Positions 53,301 through 64,000 of a stretch of 64,000 nt of DNA are shown here, piece by piece. This stretch comes from Balanoglossus misakiensis (Eukaryota; Animalia; Hemichordata). Made by a program: the position numbers and the translations under genes. Numbering within the stretch: the first letter of the stretch is position 1; each line of letters opens with the position of its first letter. The DNA is taken from contig CM082594.2 of NCBI GenBank assembly GCA_040954595.2, positions 1,134,247 to 1,198,246 on the forward strand. Direction: 5' to 3'. The notes beneath the pieces were generated by a model. The model had not been told where the DNA came from and did no database searches. It saw nothing but the letters and a program-made list of their open reading frames with translations.

Positions 53301-54703
53301 TGTTAACACAATTCGACCAAAGGGGTTCACCTGTTGACATGTTAGCACCCCCTAGGAATTTGTCAGGGGGGGGGGGGCAGGACAATATTCAAAGAAATAG
53401 TTTCCATATTTTCATTTTTATCTTTCATAAATTTTGAATTGAAGCAGCTGTATTAAAAAATTGTGATGCGTACAGTTGATCAAACATAAACATACTCACT
53501 CACTCACTCACTCACAAGCACGTCATCAGCCTGAGCACAGCTCTCTTATTGAAACTAAACAACATGAGAAGACTTATTGAGCAGGATACTTACATTCTTT
53601 GGATTTCCTTTATGTCTCTTGGCAGTACTTTCCATTTGGTGGTGTTGTCTACCAATTGGACTCTGTCCAGTGGTTGATTGAGGTCCATTGCATAGGGTGT
53701 CATGAGTTGTACTTGTTAATCCCATTGGTTCACTTGATGGAGATGGCCTGTCTTCACTCGCCTGATTGGATACACTGTCTGGGAAACTTAATGGCACTAG
53801 CTGCATTGTTGTATCATCATGTATTGTACTTGTTAATCTCATTGATTCACTTGTTGGAGATGGCACAGTGTCTTCAATGGCCCGATTAGATGTGAAACTT
53901 AAAGGCTGTATAGTTGTATCATTTTCTGTTTGAAGAGGTTGGACAACGGTAGTGCATGCATATCTTTCATCCTCATGGCTTTGCAAAGTAGTAGTATTTC
54001 CTTCAATCTCAGTGGTGACTTCATCAAGTACCATGGATGGGGACTGGAGGGACGTGTCTGCAGTCACTGTACTGTTATATGTATCTACAACATTTGAACA
54101 CCTCTGATAATGCTGAATGCTGGCAGTTTCCTGGGTGTGGTCATGTTCTGAATCAAGCATGACATAGATGGTTTTATTCAAACTCCTTGTATCCCATACT
54201 GCTTTTGCCGTATATTTGAATGAGCGGGAAACGATTCGTAACTGGACTGAACCCTTGCGTGGAACATCCACAAACTTGAATTTTCCCATATAGTTTGGAT
54301 ATGCAAGGCTTATCATGTTCTGTATTTCTCGCTCCACCTGTATATCATTCCATTTACTTTCTAAGCAAATGTCACCTTTGAAAAGCCAGTCTCCATCACA
54401 GTTATGTACAGTTCCTGTTGTGTCCATCATGACTGCTTCGTCATATTTTAGCACACACAGTTTCATATGGTACATTCTTGATTTGGGTAAATATACAGCT
54501 GTGGATCGAGGAAATACAGCAGTTTTTCTTGATGTGTCCCTAGGATTTTGTGCGCGGCTGGTGTTATGTGGTGTGTTCTGTAATTGTTGTACTTGAGCTG
54601 GCTGCCTTCTTCCCCTAAATAAATTGTTTACGGCTGTTCTTACTTCAAGTGTGTCCATTGAGTCCAATGTTCTTTGTATTTCTGACCTTTGTGTATTATC
54701 CAT
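44378..54703 (-). CDS. Transposon cargo gene (~1100 aa predicted): N-terminal unknown domain + S/T-rich linker + USP (peptidase C19) deubiquitinase + CbxX/CfxQ/SpoVK-type AAA+ ATPase; this copy is probably damaged
   Basis: Exons: 54703-53594, 53238-~53125, 52616-52489 (GLPNPGNYCAVNAVIHLL), 51943-51788 (YDPAEVL), 50920-50848, 50166-49984, 49712-49624 (PNLICLGIHR), 49280-49111 (AIVVHSEIRGHIML..W), 48788-~48660 (YDDDHV), 48329-48251, 47931-47888, 46879-46664 (GPPGTGKT), 45240-44378 (AQYLGES, LLFIDEAY, AGY, NEGLLRRF). Most junctions are phase-consistent; those near 52.7-53.1 kb and 48.66 kb are unresolved. Confidence 0.78.
45987..46577. mobile_element. Kolobok-like deletion derivative in the last intron of the cargo gene
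   Basis: ttaa|agccccagtatttctcg ... cgagaaatactgaagct|ttaa. Contains an ORF remnant (MGEISRWNQIKSENGLTSNIKVARLLIE). Confidence 0.75.
46887..47695. mobile_element. PIF/Harbinger-type MITE (second copy), inserted at a 3' splice site of the cargo gene
   Basis: taa|ggctgcattcacaaacacctctgg ... ccagaggtgtttgtgaatgcagcc|taa. Confidence 0.9.
51285..51550. repeat. Short interspersed repeat ending in a (CATA)n tract (relatives at ~19010-19280 and, inverted, ~63620-63950)
   Basis: Shared cacaccaaatatcaaggtgatac ... cagacatacat motif. Confidence 0.65.
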
Positions 54704-54929
54704 TCTGATGACTTTTGGAAAGAAGATATGAAAAATATATGAAACATTATTTCACAAAGACCATAATGAGGAATAACTGTATGTTAAAATGTAACACATG
54801 AAAATATGCCATGCATCTCTATGTGAAATACTACATACAATTCAAGAATGTAAGTTAATTGTCTTGGTAAACTATCATCAACCGCTGGCGGTTGGCAGCA
54901 AGCCGCAAAGCAACACATTGCCCTGTTAC

Positions 54930-55160
54930 CACAGGGGACTCTCCCTCCGCAATTTTGTTTGTTTGTTTGTTGTTGTTGTTGATGATGATGATGATGATGA
55001 TGATTTTTGGCATAATAAACAAATACATATTTCTTTATTAATAAATATGGTTTGTTGACATGTAAGTGTTAGGGTATTATCATCATCAACAACAACAACA
55101 ACAACAAACAAACAAATAAACAAACAAACAAACAGAATCGCGGAGGGAGAGTCCCCTGTG
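54930..55160. mobile_element. P-element-like MITE (CA..TG termini, 7-bp TSD ctgttac) with inverted microsatellite arms
   Basis: ctgttac|cacaggggactctccctccgc ... gcggagggagagtcccctgtg|ctgttac. Confidence 0.85.
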
Positions 55161-55641
55161 CTGTTACATCACTCCAGCGGCGGGAATTTAGCTACCAGGG
55201 CTGTGTGTTGTTAACGGCTACGCCTCCAATCACAGCCCTGCTAAGCTACATAGCCAAACCTGGCGAAACTCAACGGATTTGTTGCGGTATGGTTTCCTTA
55301 CCAAAAACGGCCGATTTCGAACTCAAAACGTGCGTCGATCTTCGTCACACAGCCCTGTCACGCAGAGCTAACTATATGCGAAAACGATGCGAAAAGACAC
55401 AACTGAACTTTTATACTTCGGAAATAGTAGAATAAGAAAGTTCACTCGAAAACATGATTTTTTAAACATGATGCAATCCATGCAAAATAACGACTTGTCA
55501 TGCACTGCAGCTAGCCACGGTTAAAATAAACTTAAATATAACATACAGATGATACACACCTTTTGTGGATGTCGATTGATAACGATGATGCCCAAAAGAT
55601 GCTTCGGAGTTCAGTCCCACGTATCTCGACGCCTAGCAGTT

Positions 55642-57116
55642 GTTTGTGCGTTTCCCCTTTCTTTTCTCTTCTTCAATTCAACTTATTTTCAGACTCTGTT
55701 TTTTTTTTTCAAATATTACCCAGACTCCTCTACCGAAATCTCTCACTTTTTTTTTTCAGCCAGGATTGTTCACTTTTTTTTTTTTTTTGCGCATGCGCAT
55801 TTATTCCCCAGGATTTCTCACTCATTTTTTTTTCGGCGCATGCGCATACGCTATTCTTTCAAATGCGTCCGGGTTTTTTTCAAGTTGTTAAAGACTATTA
55901 TTTATTTTTACAACTGAATGCTCGTTTTTTTAAACACGCTTGTTTTATTTTTTGGATGACAAATATACCATTTTTTACAACTTGGATCTGCCTGAATATT
56001 TTGGGAGACAAATGTGCCTATATATTTTTTTTTCAAATTTTATATCGTGTTTTTTTTTCTCAAATTGCCTGTTTTTCTGGGTGACAAATGTTCCTATATT
56101 TTTTTTTTTTTTGCAAATTGCTCTGCGTTTTTTTTTTCAAATTGCCTGTTTTTTGGGGGGTGACAACTGTTCCTATATTTTTTTTTTGCAAATTGCTCTG
56201 CGTTTTTTTTGTTTTTTTTTTCAAATTGCCTGTTTTTTTGGGTGACAAATGTTCGTATTATTTTTTTTGCAAATTGCTCTGCGTTTTTTTTTTCAAATTG
56301 CCTGTTTTTTTGGGTGACAAATGTTCCTATTTTTTTTTTTTTTTGCAAATTGCTCTGCGTTTTTTTTTTAAATTGCCTGGTTCTATTTTTTTTTTTTTTT
56401 TTGCAAATTGCTCTGCGTTTTTTTTAATTGCCTGCTTTTTTGGGTGACAAATGTTCTTATTATTTTTTTTTTTTGCAAATGCTGTGCGTTTTTTTTTTCA
56501 AATTGCCTGTGTTTTTTTTTTCGGTGGATTATAAATTTGCTTATTTTTGCAACCTCAATGCATCTGCGTTTTTTTTAAGTGGCCCGTTAGTTTTGGGGTG
56601 ACATGAGTGCGGGTTTTATCGGTGACAAATATCTCCGTTTTTTTATGGCTAACATGTTCGTGTTTTTTCTATGTTTGCCTGTGTTGTTTGTTCTGGGGGT
56701 GTGCATTTTTTTCAAGTTGTAGTCTCTCTCTCTCTCTCTTTTTTTTTACAAAGAGTGTTCTTTTTAATACTTTGTGTGTATTTTTTGTGGGGGTGAAGTG
56801 TGCGTTTTTCGTGAAAAATGTGCGCCTCTTTTTTTGTCACAAATGAGTGATTTTTTGAGCAACTGCCTTGTGGACGTATTTTTTTCGGTAAGCTTGGTGG
56901 GGTTTTTTTGACAACAGGTGACATTTTCTTCTGTGTGTGTTAGGTTTTTTTTTTTGTTTTTTTGTTTTTTTACTCCACGACGGATTACTTTTTACACTCG
57001 TTGTTTTTTGAACCACCAATCAGTTTTTTGTGTGTTTTTTACGTATTTTTTTAAAAAAAGACATTAATTTTCTATAAAATAATGATAAATAATTTTGAAA
57101 CACTTGGCGCGCCGTA
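55642..57116 (-). repeat. Right TIR (~1.47 kb) of the giant element
   Basis: Reverse complement of 35634-36929 with extra subrepeat copies. ORFs 35731(+) and 57019(-) translate identically at their starts. Confidence 0.95.
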
Positions 57117-57155
57117 GTCTGACGACTATGCCTCGAAGCAAAAGACACAGCCGAC

Positions 57156-60100
57156 TAGGGCGCGCCAAGTGTTTCAAAATTATTTATCATTATTTTATAG
57201 AAAATTGATGTTTTTTAACAAAAAAAATACGTAAAAACACAAAAAACTGATTGGTGGTTTAAAAAACAACGAGTGTAAAAAGTAATCCATCGTGGAGTAA
57301 AAAAAACAACAACAACAACAAAAAACCTAACACATACAGAAGAAAATCTCACCTGTTGTTAAAAAAAAACCACCAAGCTTACCAAAAAAAACGTCCACAA
57401 GGCAGTTGCAAAAAAAAAATCACTTATTTGTCACAAAAAAACCACGCGCACATTTTCCACGAAAAACGCACACTTCACCCCCACAAAAAACACACACAAA
57501 GTAGTAAAAAGAACACTCTTTGAAAAAAAAAAGAGAGACTACAACTTGAAAAAAATGCACACCCCCAGAACAAACAACACAGGCAAACATGAAAAAACAC
57601 GAACATGTTAGCCATAAAAAACGGAGATATTTGTCACCGAAAAAAACCCCCGCACTCATGTCACCCCAAAACTAACGGGCCACTTTAAAAAAACGCAGAT
57701 GCACTGAGGTTGCAAAAATAAGCACATTTTTAATCCCCCGAAAAAAAACAGGCAATTTGAAAAAAAAAACCACAGCAATTTGCAAAAAAAAAAAAAAAAA
57801 TAGGAACATTTGTCACCCAAAAAACAGGCAATTTGCAAAAAAAACGCAGAGCAATTTGCAAAAAAAAAATATATAGGAACATTTGTCACCCAAAAAAACA
57901 GGCAATTTGAAAAAAAAAACGCAGAGCAATTTGCAAAAAAAATATATATAGGAACATTTGTCACCCAAAAAAAACCAGGCAATTTGAAAAAAAAAACGCA
58001 GAGCAATTTGCAAAAAAAAAATATATATAGCAACATTTGTCACCCAAAAAAAACCAGGCAATTTGAAAAAAAAAAACGCAGAGCAATTTGCAAAAAAAAA
58101 ATATAGGAACATTTGTCACCCAAAAAAAACAGGCAATTTGAAAAAAAAAAAACAGAGCAATTTGCAAAAAAAAAATAATAGGAACATTTGTCACCCAAAA
58201 AACAGGCAATTTGAAAAAAAAAAACACGATATAAAATTTGAAAAAAAAATATATAGGCACATTTGTCACCCAAAATATTCAGGCAGATCCAAGTTGTAAA
58301 AAATGGTATATTTGTCATCCAAAAAATAAAACAAGCGTGTTTAAAAAAAACGAGCATTCAGTTGTAAAAATAAATAATAGTCTTTAACAACTTGAAAAAA
58401 AACCCGGACGCAATTGAAAGAATATCGTATGCGCATGCGCCGAAAAAAAAAATGAGTGAGAAATGCGCTCCAAAAAAAAAAAGTGAGAGATTTTGCTAGA
58501 GGAGTCTGGGTAATCTTAAAAAAAAAAACAGAGTGTGAAAATAAGTTGACTCGAAGAAGAGAAAAGAAAGGGGAAACACACAAACCGTCACACAGGACAA
58601 ACAACAGTCTCCTCATCGCCGAGGCGTACGTGTGATGATATGACAAGTGTTTACGTCTGTGAGGTGGTGTGTATGTGTCGGATAGAACGCGAGTCGACTA
58701 GAATCCGAGTCGACTGACGGTTACTGTGGTGGACGCGAATATATTGTCGCCATTGTGGGATTCCTTCGTGAAGGAAGTGAAGCCACTTGTTCGGGACCAC
58801 ATATGACCGGAGCGTTGCGTTTAACATGGTCGAACGAACTGTCATTATGAACAACTCCTGCTGTAACCTGTGATGCTGAAACGTACAATAACTTTCCATA
58901 TTCTTTTGTACAGTACACAGAGTTTCAACGCGGATGACGCGGAAACGATCAACTATAAATTATGGACTGAGCGACTCCTTTGGGGTATTTGACCTTTTAC
59001 CAGCCAAATGTAAACAAACGATTTGCGGTGAATTCATACACATGACAACGATTTCCCGAAGGTCATTCATACCTCACTTTGAAAAATACAACAAATAACA
59101 AACAGTTTCTAAATAAAATATTTTTTTCCAATATTTATAAGTTGTCAATACTGAGCTGATTTTTTGTATAGTTCGCTAGTACTGCACAGAAGACAGTATT
59201 AGTTGTGGGCACCATGCCAACTCTTGGGCAACTTTCAGTTCTGCCGTTTGGGGTTTAGATTTGTCTTACATCACAGATGATTATGCTACAAATTTCACGA
59301 TTTCTGTAGACCAAATCTAGAATAGCAAACCGCGGACGTAGTGCCAGTGGTGTCATGTTTGACTGTGTGGTATCATGACGGTATCATGTTTATGTGGTCC
59401 CGAACAAGTGGCTTCTCTTCCTTCACGAAGGAATCCCACAATGGCGACCACATATTCGCGTCCACCACAGTAACCTTCAGTCGACTCGGATTCTAGTCGA
59501 CTCGCGTTCTATCCGACACATACACACACCATCTCACAGACGTAAACACTTATCATATCATCACGCGTACGCCTCGGCGATGAGGAGACTGTTGTTTGTC
59601 CTGTGTGACGGTTTGTGTGTTTCCCCTTTCTTTTCTCTTCTTCGAGTCAACTTATTTTCACACTCTGTTTTTTTTTAAGATTACCCAGACTCCTCTAGCA
59701 AAATCTCTCTTTTTTTTTTGGAGCGCATTTCTCACTCATTTTTTTTCGGCGCATGCGCATACGCTATTCTTTCAAATGCATCCGTTTTTTTTTTCAAGTT
59801 GTTAAAGACTATTATTTATTTTTACAACTGAATGCTCGTTTTTTTAAACACGCTTGTTTTATTTTTTGGATGACAAATATACCATTTTTTACAACTTGGA
59901 TCTGCCTGAATATTTTGGGTGACAAATGTGCCTATATATTTTTTTTTCAAATTTTATATCGTGTTTTTTTTTTTTCAAATTGCCTGTTTTTTGGGTGACA
60001 AATGTTCCTATTATTTTTTTTTTTTTGCAAATTGCTCTGCGGTTTTTTTTTTCAAATTGCCTGTTTTTTGGGGTGACAAATGTTCCTATATTTTTTTTTT

Positions 60101-60943
60101 GCAAATTGCTCTGCGTTTTTTTTTTCAAATTGCCTGGTTTTTTTTGGGTGACAAATGTTCCTATATTTTTTTTTTTCAAATTGCTCTGCGTTTTATTTTT
60201 TCAAATTGCATGTTTTTTTTGGGGTGACAAATGTTCCTATTTTTTTTTGCAAATTGCTCTGCGTTTTTTTTTCAAATTGCCTGGTTTTTTTGGGGTGACA
60301 AATGTTCCTATTTTTTTTTTGCAAATTGCTGTGCGTTTTTTTCAAATTGCCTGGTTTTTTTTTTCGGGGGATTAAAAATGTGCTTATTTTTGCAACCTCA
60401 GTGCATCTGCGTTTTTTAAAGCGGTCCGTTAGTTTTGGGGTGACATGAGTGCGGGTTTTTTTCGGTGACAAATATCTCAGTTTTTTATGGCTAACATGTT
60501 CGTGTTTTTTCTATGTTTGCCTGTGTTGTTTGTTCTGGGGGTGTGCATTTTTTTCAAGTTGTAGTCTCTCTTTTTTTTCAAAGAGTGTTCTTTTTAATAC
60601 TTTGTGTGTATTTTTTGTGGGGATGAAGTGTGCGTTTTTCGTGAAAAATGTGCGCGTGGTTTTTTGTGACAAATAAGTGATTTTTTTTTCAACTGCCTTG
60701 TGGGCGTATTTTTTGGTGAGCTTGGTGGTTTTTTTTACAATAGGTGAGATTTTCTTCTGTGTGTGTTAGTGTTTTTTTGTTTTTTTTGTTGTTTTTTTGA
60801 CTCCACGGTGGATTACTTTTTACACTCGTTGTTTTTTAAACCACCAATCAGTTTTTTGTGTTTTTTACGTATTTTTTTTGTTAAAAGACATCAATTTTCT
60901 ATAAAATAATGATAAATAATTTTGAAACACTTGGCGCGCCGTA
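57156..60943. mobile_element. Non-autonomous 3.8-kb derivative of the same IS3EU-type family; arms 57156-58803 / 59391-60943
   Basis: Termini tagggcgcgccaagtg ... cacttggcgcgccgta. Flanks gccgac / cccgac (6 bp, 1 mismatch). Confidence 0.9.
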
Positions 60944-61218
60944 CCCGACCCTGCCACGCAGATTCATTTGTTGTGTCACACATTTTCGATCCAAGAAGAG
61001 AATATCAACCTTGACGTTGCGAAAATGACAAGAAACTTTCACTCATATAGGTTGTGTGATTACTTACCCGCAACTTGTTGGGAATTGCTGTCACCAGAGG
61101 TGCCCACAGCGTGAAAGCCAGAATGACTGCGACGCCTGCATTGGAGTTCGTCATGAATGGAAACATCGATGAACACGTTCGGTCTTCGATGAGGCTAGTG
61201 TCCACAGAATAGGCATTC

Positions 61219-61225
61219 TTTTATA
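61219..61225 (-). promoter_or_regulatory. Candidate TATA box of the host secreted-protein gene
   Basis: TATAAAA on the minus strand, ~65 bp upstream of the ATG at 61154. Confidence 0.4.
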
Positions 61226-61697
61226 ACGCAGCTGGGAGGTGGTAAATCCATTGTGATCACCATGCTATTAGTAGCCCAAGCAGTCAAAATTTGCGAAAAA
61301 TATATAAATATGGAAAAATATATCAATGGGATCAATAGTTATTAAGCACTTTTTAAAAACAAATGACACCGTAAGATCAATTATCTTGTTTTCCGCGACA
61401 AGTTTCAACATGGTATGTCAGCGCTACCAGTGAATAATATTATTAGAAACTATGACAGCTGTAACCGTGCGATTAATGATTTGATCAAGTTTAATCATAT
61501 ACTTGTAAATATTTGCGCGGGTGCTAGTTTAATAAACTGTGTTGATATATAGGTGGAAGACTGTTTAGTTTTCCAGTCAATTATGTGATGTATTACGCCT
61601 GACGCTTAAATGATTTGGTCCAGGGAGAATAACCGTGTTTGGCCGGTCAAGCGAACCCTGGATCTTGCAGGCTCTGCCCACTTTCCAATCAACAACC

Positions 61698-63960
61698 ATT
61701 GAGCATGCGCAGTTGATACTTCACATTGTAAACAAGATGGCGTCGCTGTATATGCTTCTGGACCGCTGTCGCCCGACTATGTCGGCAAAGAAGAGACGAA
61801 TTTAACCAAGCAACGCCATATCGGAAGATAGAATGATCGCGAGATGAAACCGGGATATCCAACGATTTGGCAGCCATGTTGATTGAATGGTAAGTCGCCG
61901 AAGTAACTATTTGCCATTGATTTGTTTACCAGAAACGGTTTGCCTTTGGAACACATTTGACCTCACCGAAATTGATTTCAGAGTTTTTTCCCAAGAACTA
62001 ATGACGTTCGTTTTCACCTTTCTGTCCCGAAGTTGCAAACGTGTTGTCTCTGAGAAAATAAATGTGATTTGTACCCGCGATAATCATAGTTCGGATTTCA
62101 ACCCACAACATCAACGCCAGCCATTCACCAACATGTGCCAGATAATGTTTATCAGTCATATTTTCTCAGTCTGAATTTACAAAAGACTAATTGTATTGTA
62201 TGCACATTGCAATTTTAATATGTAACACGTTTGACCTGAGTGGGAGGATGGATTGAAGGGACACAAGCTTTTGTAGCCACTTAAATTTTGACACTGTTTA
62301 TATAAATGTTGAGCTGGCATATTTGTTCCCTTATGATGTAGTGTACCTGTTGCATTGAAATGAAGCTGTAATATTAAAGTGCAATTTAGTCCTTTGGTTT
62401 ACTGGGAAAATGAGGTCAATAAATGACAGGTTTATTTAGATATATGATATATTTCTCGCAAGCACTTATGCATATGTATGAGATACTTATTTATTTTTAA
62501 CTTATGTATTTATTTTTAATTTATTTTGTACGTTCAGGTAATCATATGGATTTGTATGGAATCACATACACATTAATTGAAGACTATCATATCACAGAAG
62601 TCGAGCCTCCACATGTGTAAGGTAACCATTTAGGTTTCATGACTAAGTTTGTTTAAGAATTCATAAAGCACGAATTCTACCTAATGAATGAATTTTCTTA
62701 GAATTTCACAACTGTGACAGGGTTTGCAGTTATGCGAAAAAGTGTTATTATTCACATACGAAACTTTTCGTATACATTTTTCTGATGGCAATGCATTTAA
62801 CTTTGAACAAATATTGACGTCAGTTAGTAGTGCTATTTTGTCAGTGAAATTGCTTCATCATCATCCCTCCAATCAAAGTTGAAACTGAGTTGCAAATATT
62901 GCACAGCTTGAAATCATAAAATGTTGCAAAATTGAACCAACCGTTCGGTCAACGATTATGTTCTTACAGCTATTATTAGAAGCAGACAGTCTCAGGGAAC
63001 AAGATACATGGGCCTGATTTGCAAACTGAGTTGGAACTAACCTTGCCTGCCCATGGATGCGCCAATTCAGTGAATCTTATCGTATTAAAAATGAATATGG
63101 AGAACTATTCTCTGTGTTGTGATTCAATTGTTAGCCTACATGTATACATATGTACCTTGAGTGATTCCACTTTCTTCACTGTCCTGTGAATTCAGTTGCC
63201 ATAACTTGCGCTTCACACAGCGCATACATGTAGGTCTAATCAATTGGGCAACTGGGTCTTACAATATTATCTGATGCCTCTTACTGGCCGAAGGACCACA
63301 AGTTGCATTTTCACATCGCATATAAATAGAAAACCCATTAATTTCTACTGTATGATTTTATTGACGATTCAGTAGTTTCATGACTGTTAGTGTTAATTAC
63401 AATACCTAAATTTCCAAATGAAAGCATGCTGTCAGTTTTCATGTGATTGATATTAATTTTACAATTTCAAAATATGCTTAGCTCTGAATGATTATCAACA
63501 TATCAAACTTCATGTTAAATAAACTGTCTTGATATTGTATACATTAAGGCCTACTACCAGTGTCACAACATTGATTTCCTGCATTTTTGCTCATGCCTTC
63601 TGACCAGTCAGTTGCCTCTGTATGTGTGTATGTAGTATGTATGGATGTATGTATGTCTGTCCACATCAAAAACTTGAAAACCCCTTCGCGTATCCCCTTG
63701 ATATTTGGTGTGTAGATGCAGGCCAGCCTGTAAATAGGATTTTGTTCATATTAAGAAGGTTGAAGTATTTTCATGATTGGTTTTATTTGATTACTCCAGA
63801 AACATACAATACAGAGTCTGTGTGGTAAGTCTTGATATTGGGTTTTTAGATGCAGGCACGCCTGTTCAAATGAAATATGCTAATTACCTGGAGCAATGTG
63901 AAATTGATCAAAACTCAGAAACTCAACAACTGGTCAGATTGCTTTGAACATTTGTATGCA
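61698..63960 (+). repeat. Interspersed repeat family copy C (lacks the two TTAA insertions seen in copy B)
   Basis: Long reverse-complement similarity to 19000-22397 and direct similarity to 14447-15340. Confidence 0.85.
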
Positions 63961-64000
63961 TGTAGCTTATGTCACGCCTGATATACTTTCAGCTAATATC

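Larger units (their letters stand above)
35634..57116 (+). mobile_element. Giant IS3EU-type DNA transposon (21,483 bp) with long TIRs, transposase and cargo gene
   Basis: Termini tacggcgcgccaagtgtttcaaaatt ... aattttgaaacacttggcgcgccgta (TAY..RTA). Flanked by the direct repeat gtctgac (35627-35633, 57117-57123). Confidence 0.9.
33993..61154 (-). pseudogene. Decayed host gene for a secreted protein: signal peptide exon, short exon, pentraxin C-terminal remnant, Cys-rich exon
   Basis: Exon 61154-61068 MTNSNAGVAVILAFTLWAPLVTAIPNKLR|gtaagt (phase 0). Exon 35556-35484 HAVKDKHVPLEEANTQQRRQDVNG (ag/gtgag, phase 0 start). 34950-34800 MWSKVLTAEEVAAVAGDCSIGGNIFTW resembles the end of a pentraxin domain. 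A Cys-rich exon at ~34259-33993 contains stops. Linking these exons into one gene is inference. Confidence 0.5.

Overview
This is eukaryotic, intron-containing, repeat-dense DNA that looks like a marine invertebrate genome (taxon is an inference). It opens with a nearly homogeneous 86-bp satellite (1-12200), followed by a zone of MITEs and interspersed repeats. A complete 6.9-kb Chapaev/N-RAG-TP-type transposon lies at 25688-32560, with CAC..GTG termini, a 4-bp TSD and a 10-exon transposase carrying a RAG1-like N-terminus and RING finger. The main finding is a 21.5-kb IS3EU-type DNA transposon (35634-57116) with ~1.3-1.5-kb TIRs. It encodes an intact spliced integrase-core DDE transposase and, convergently, a multi-exon cargo gene that appears to fuse a USP-family deubiquitinase to a CbxX/CfxQ/SpoVK-family AAA+ ATPase. 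A 3.8-kb non-autonomous relative sits 39 bp downstream. Both elements appear to lie in intron 1 of a decayed secreted pentraxin-domain gene. Exon models were assembled by eye from GT-AG phase matching, and no database searches were run.
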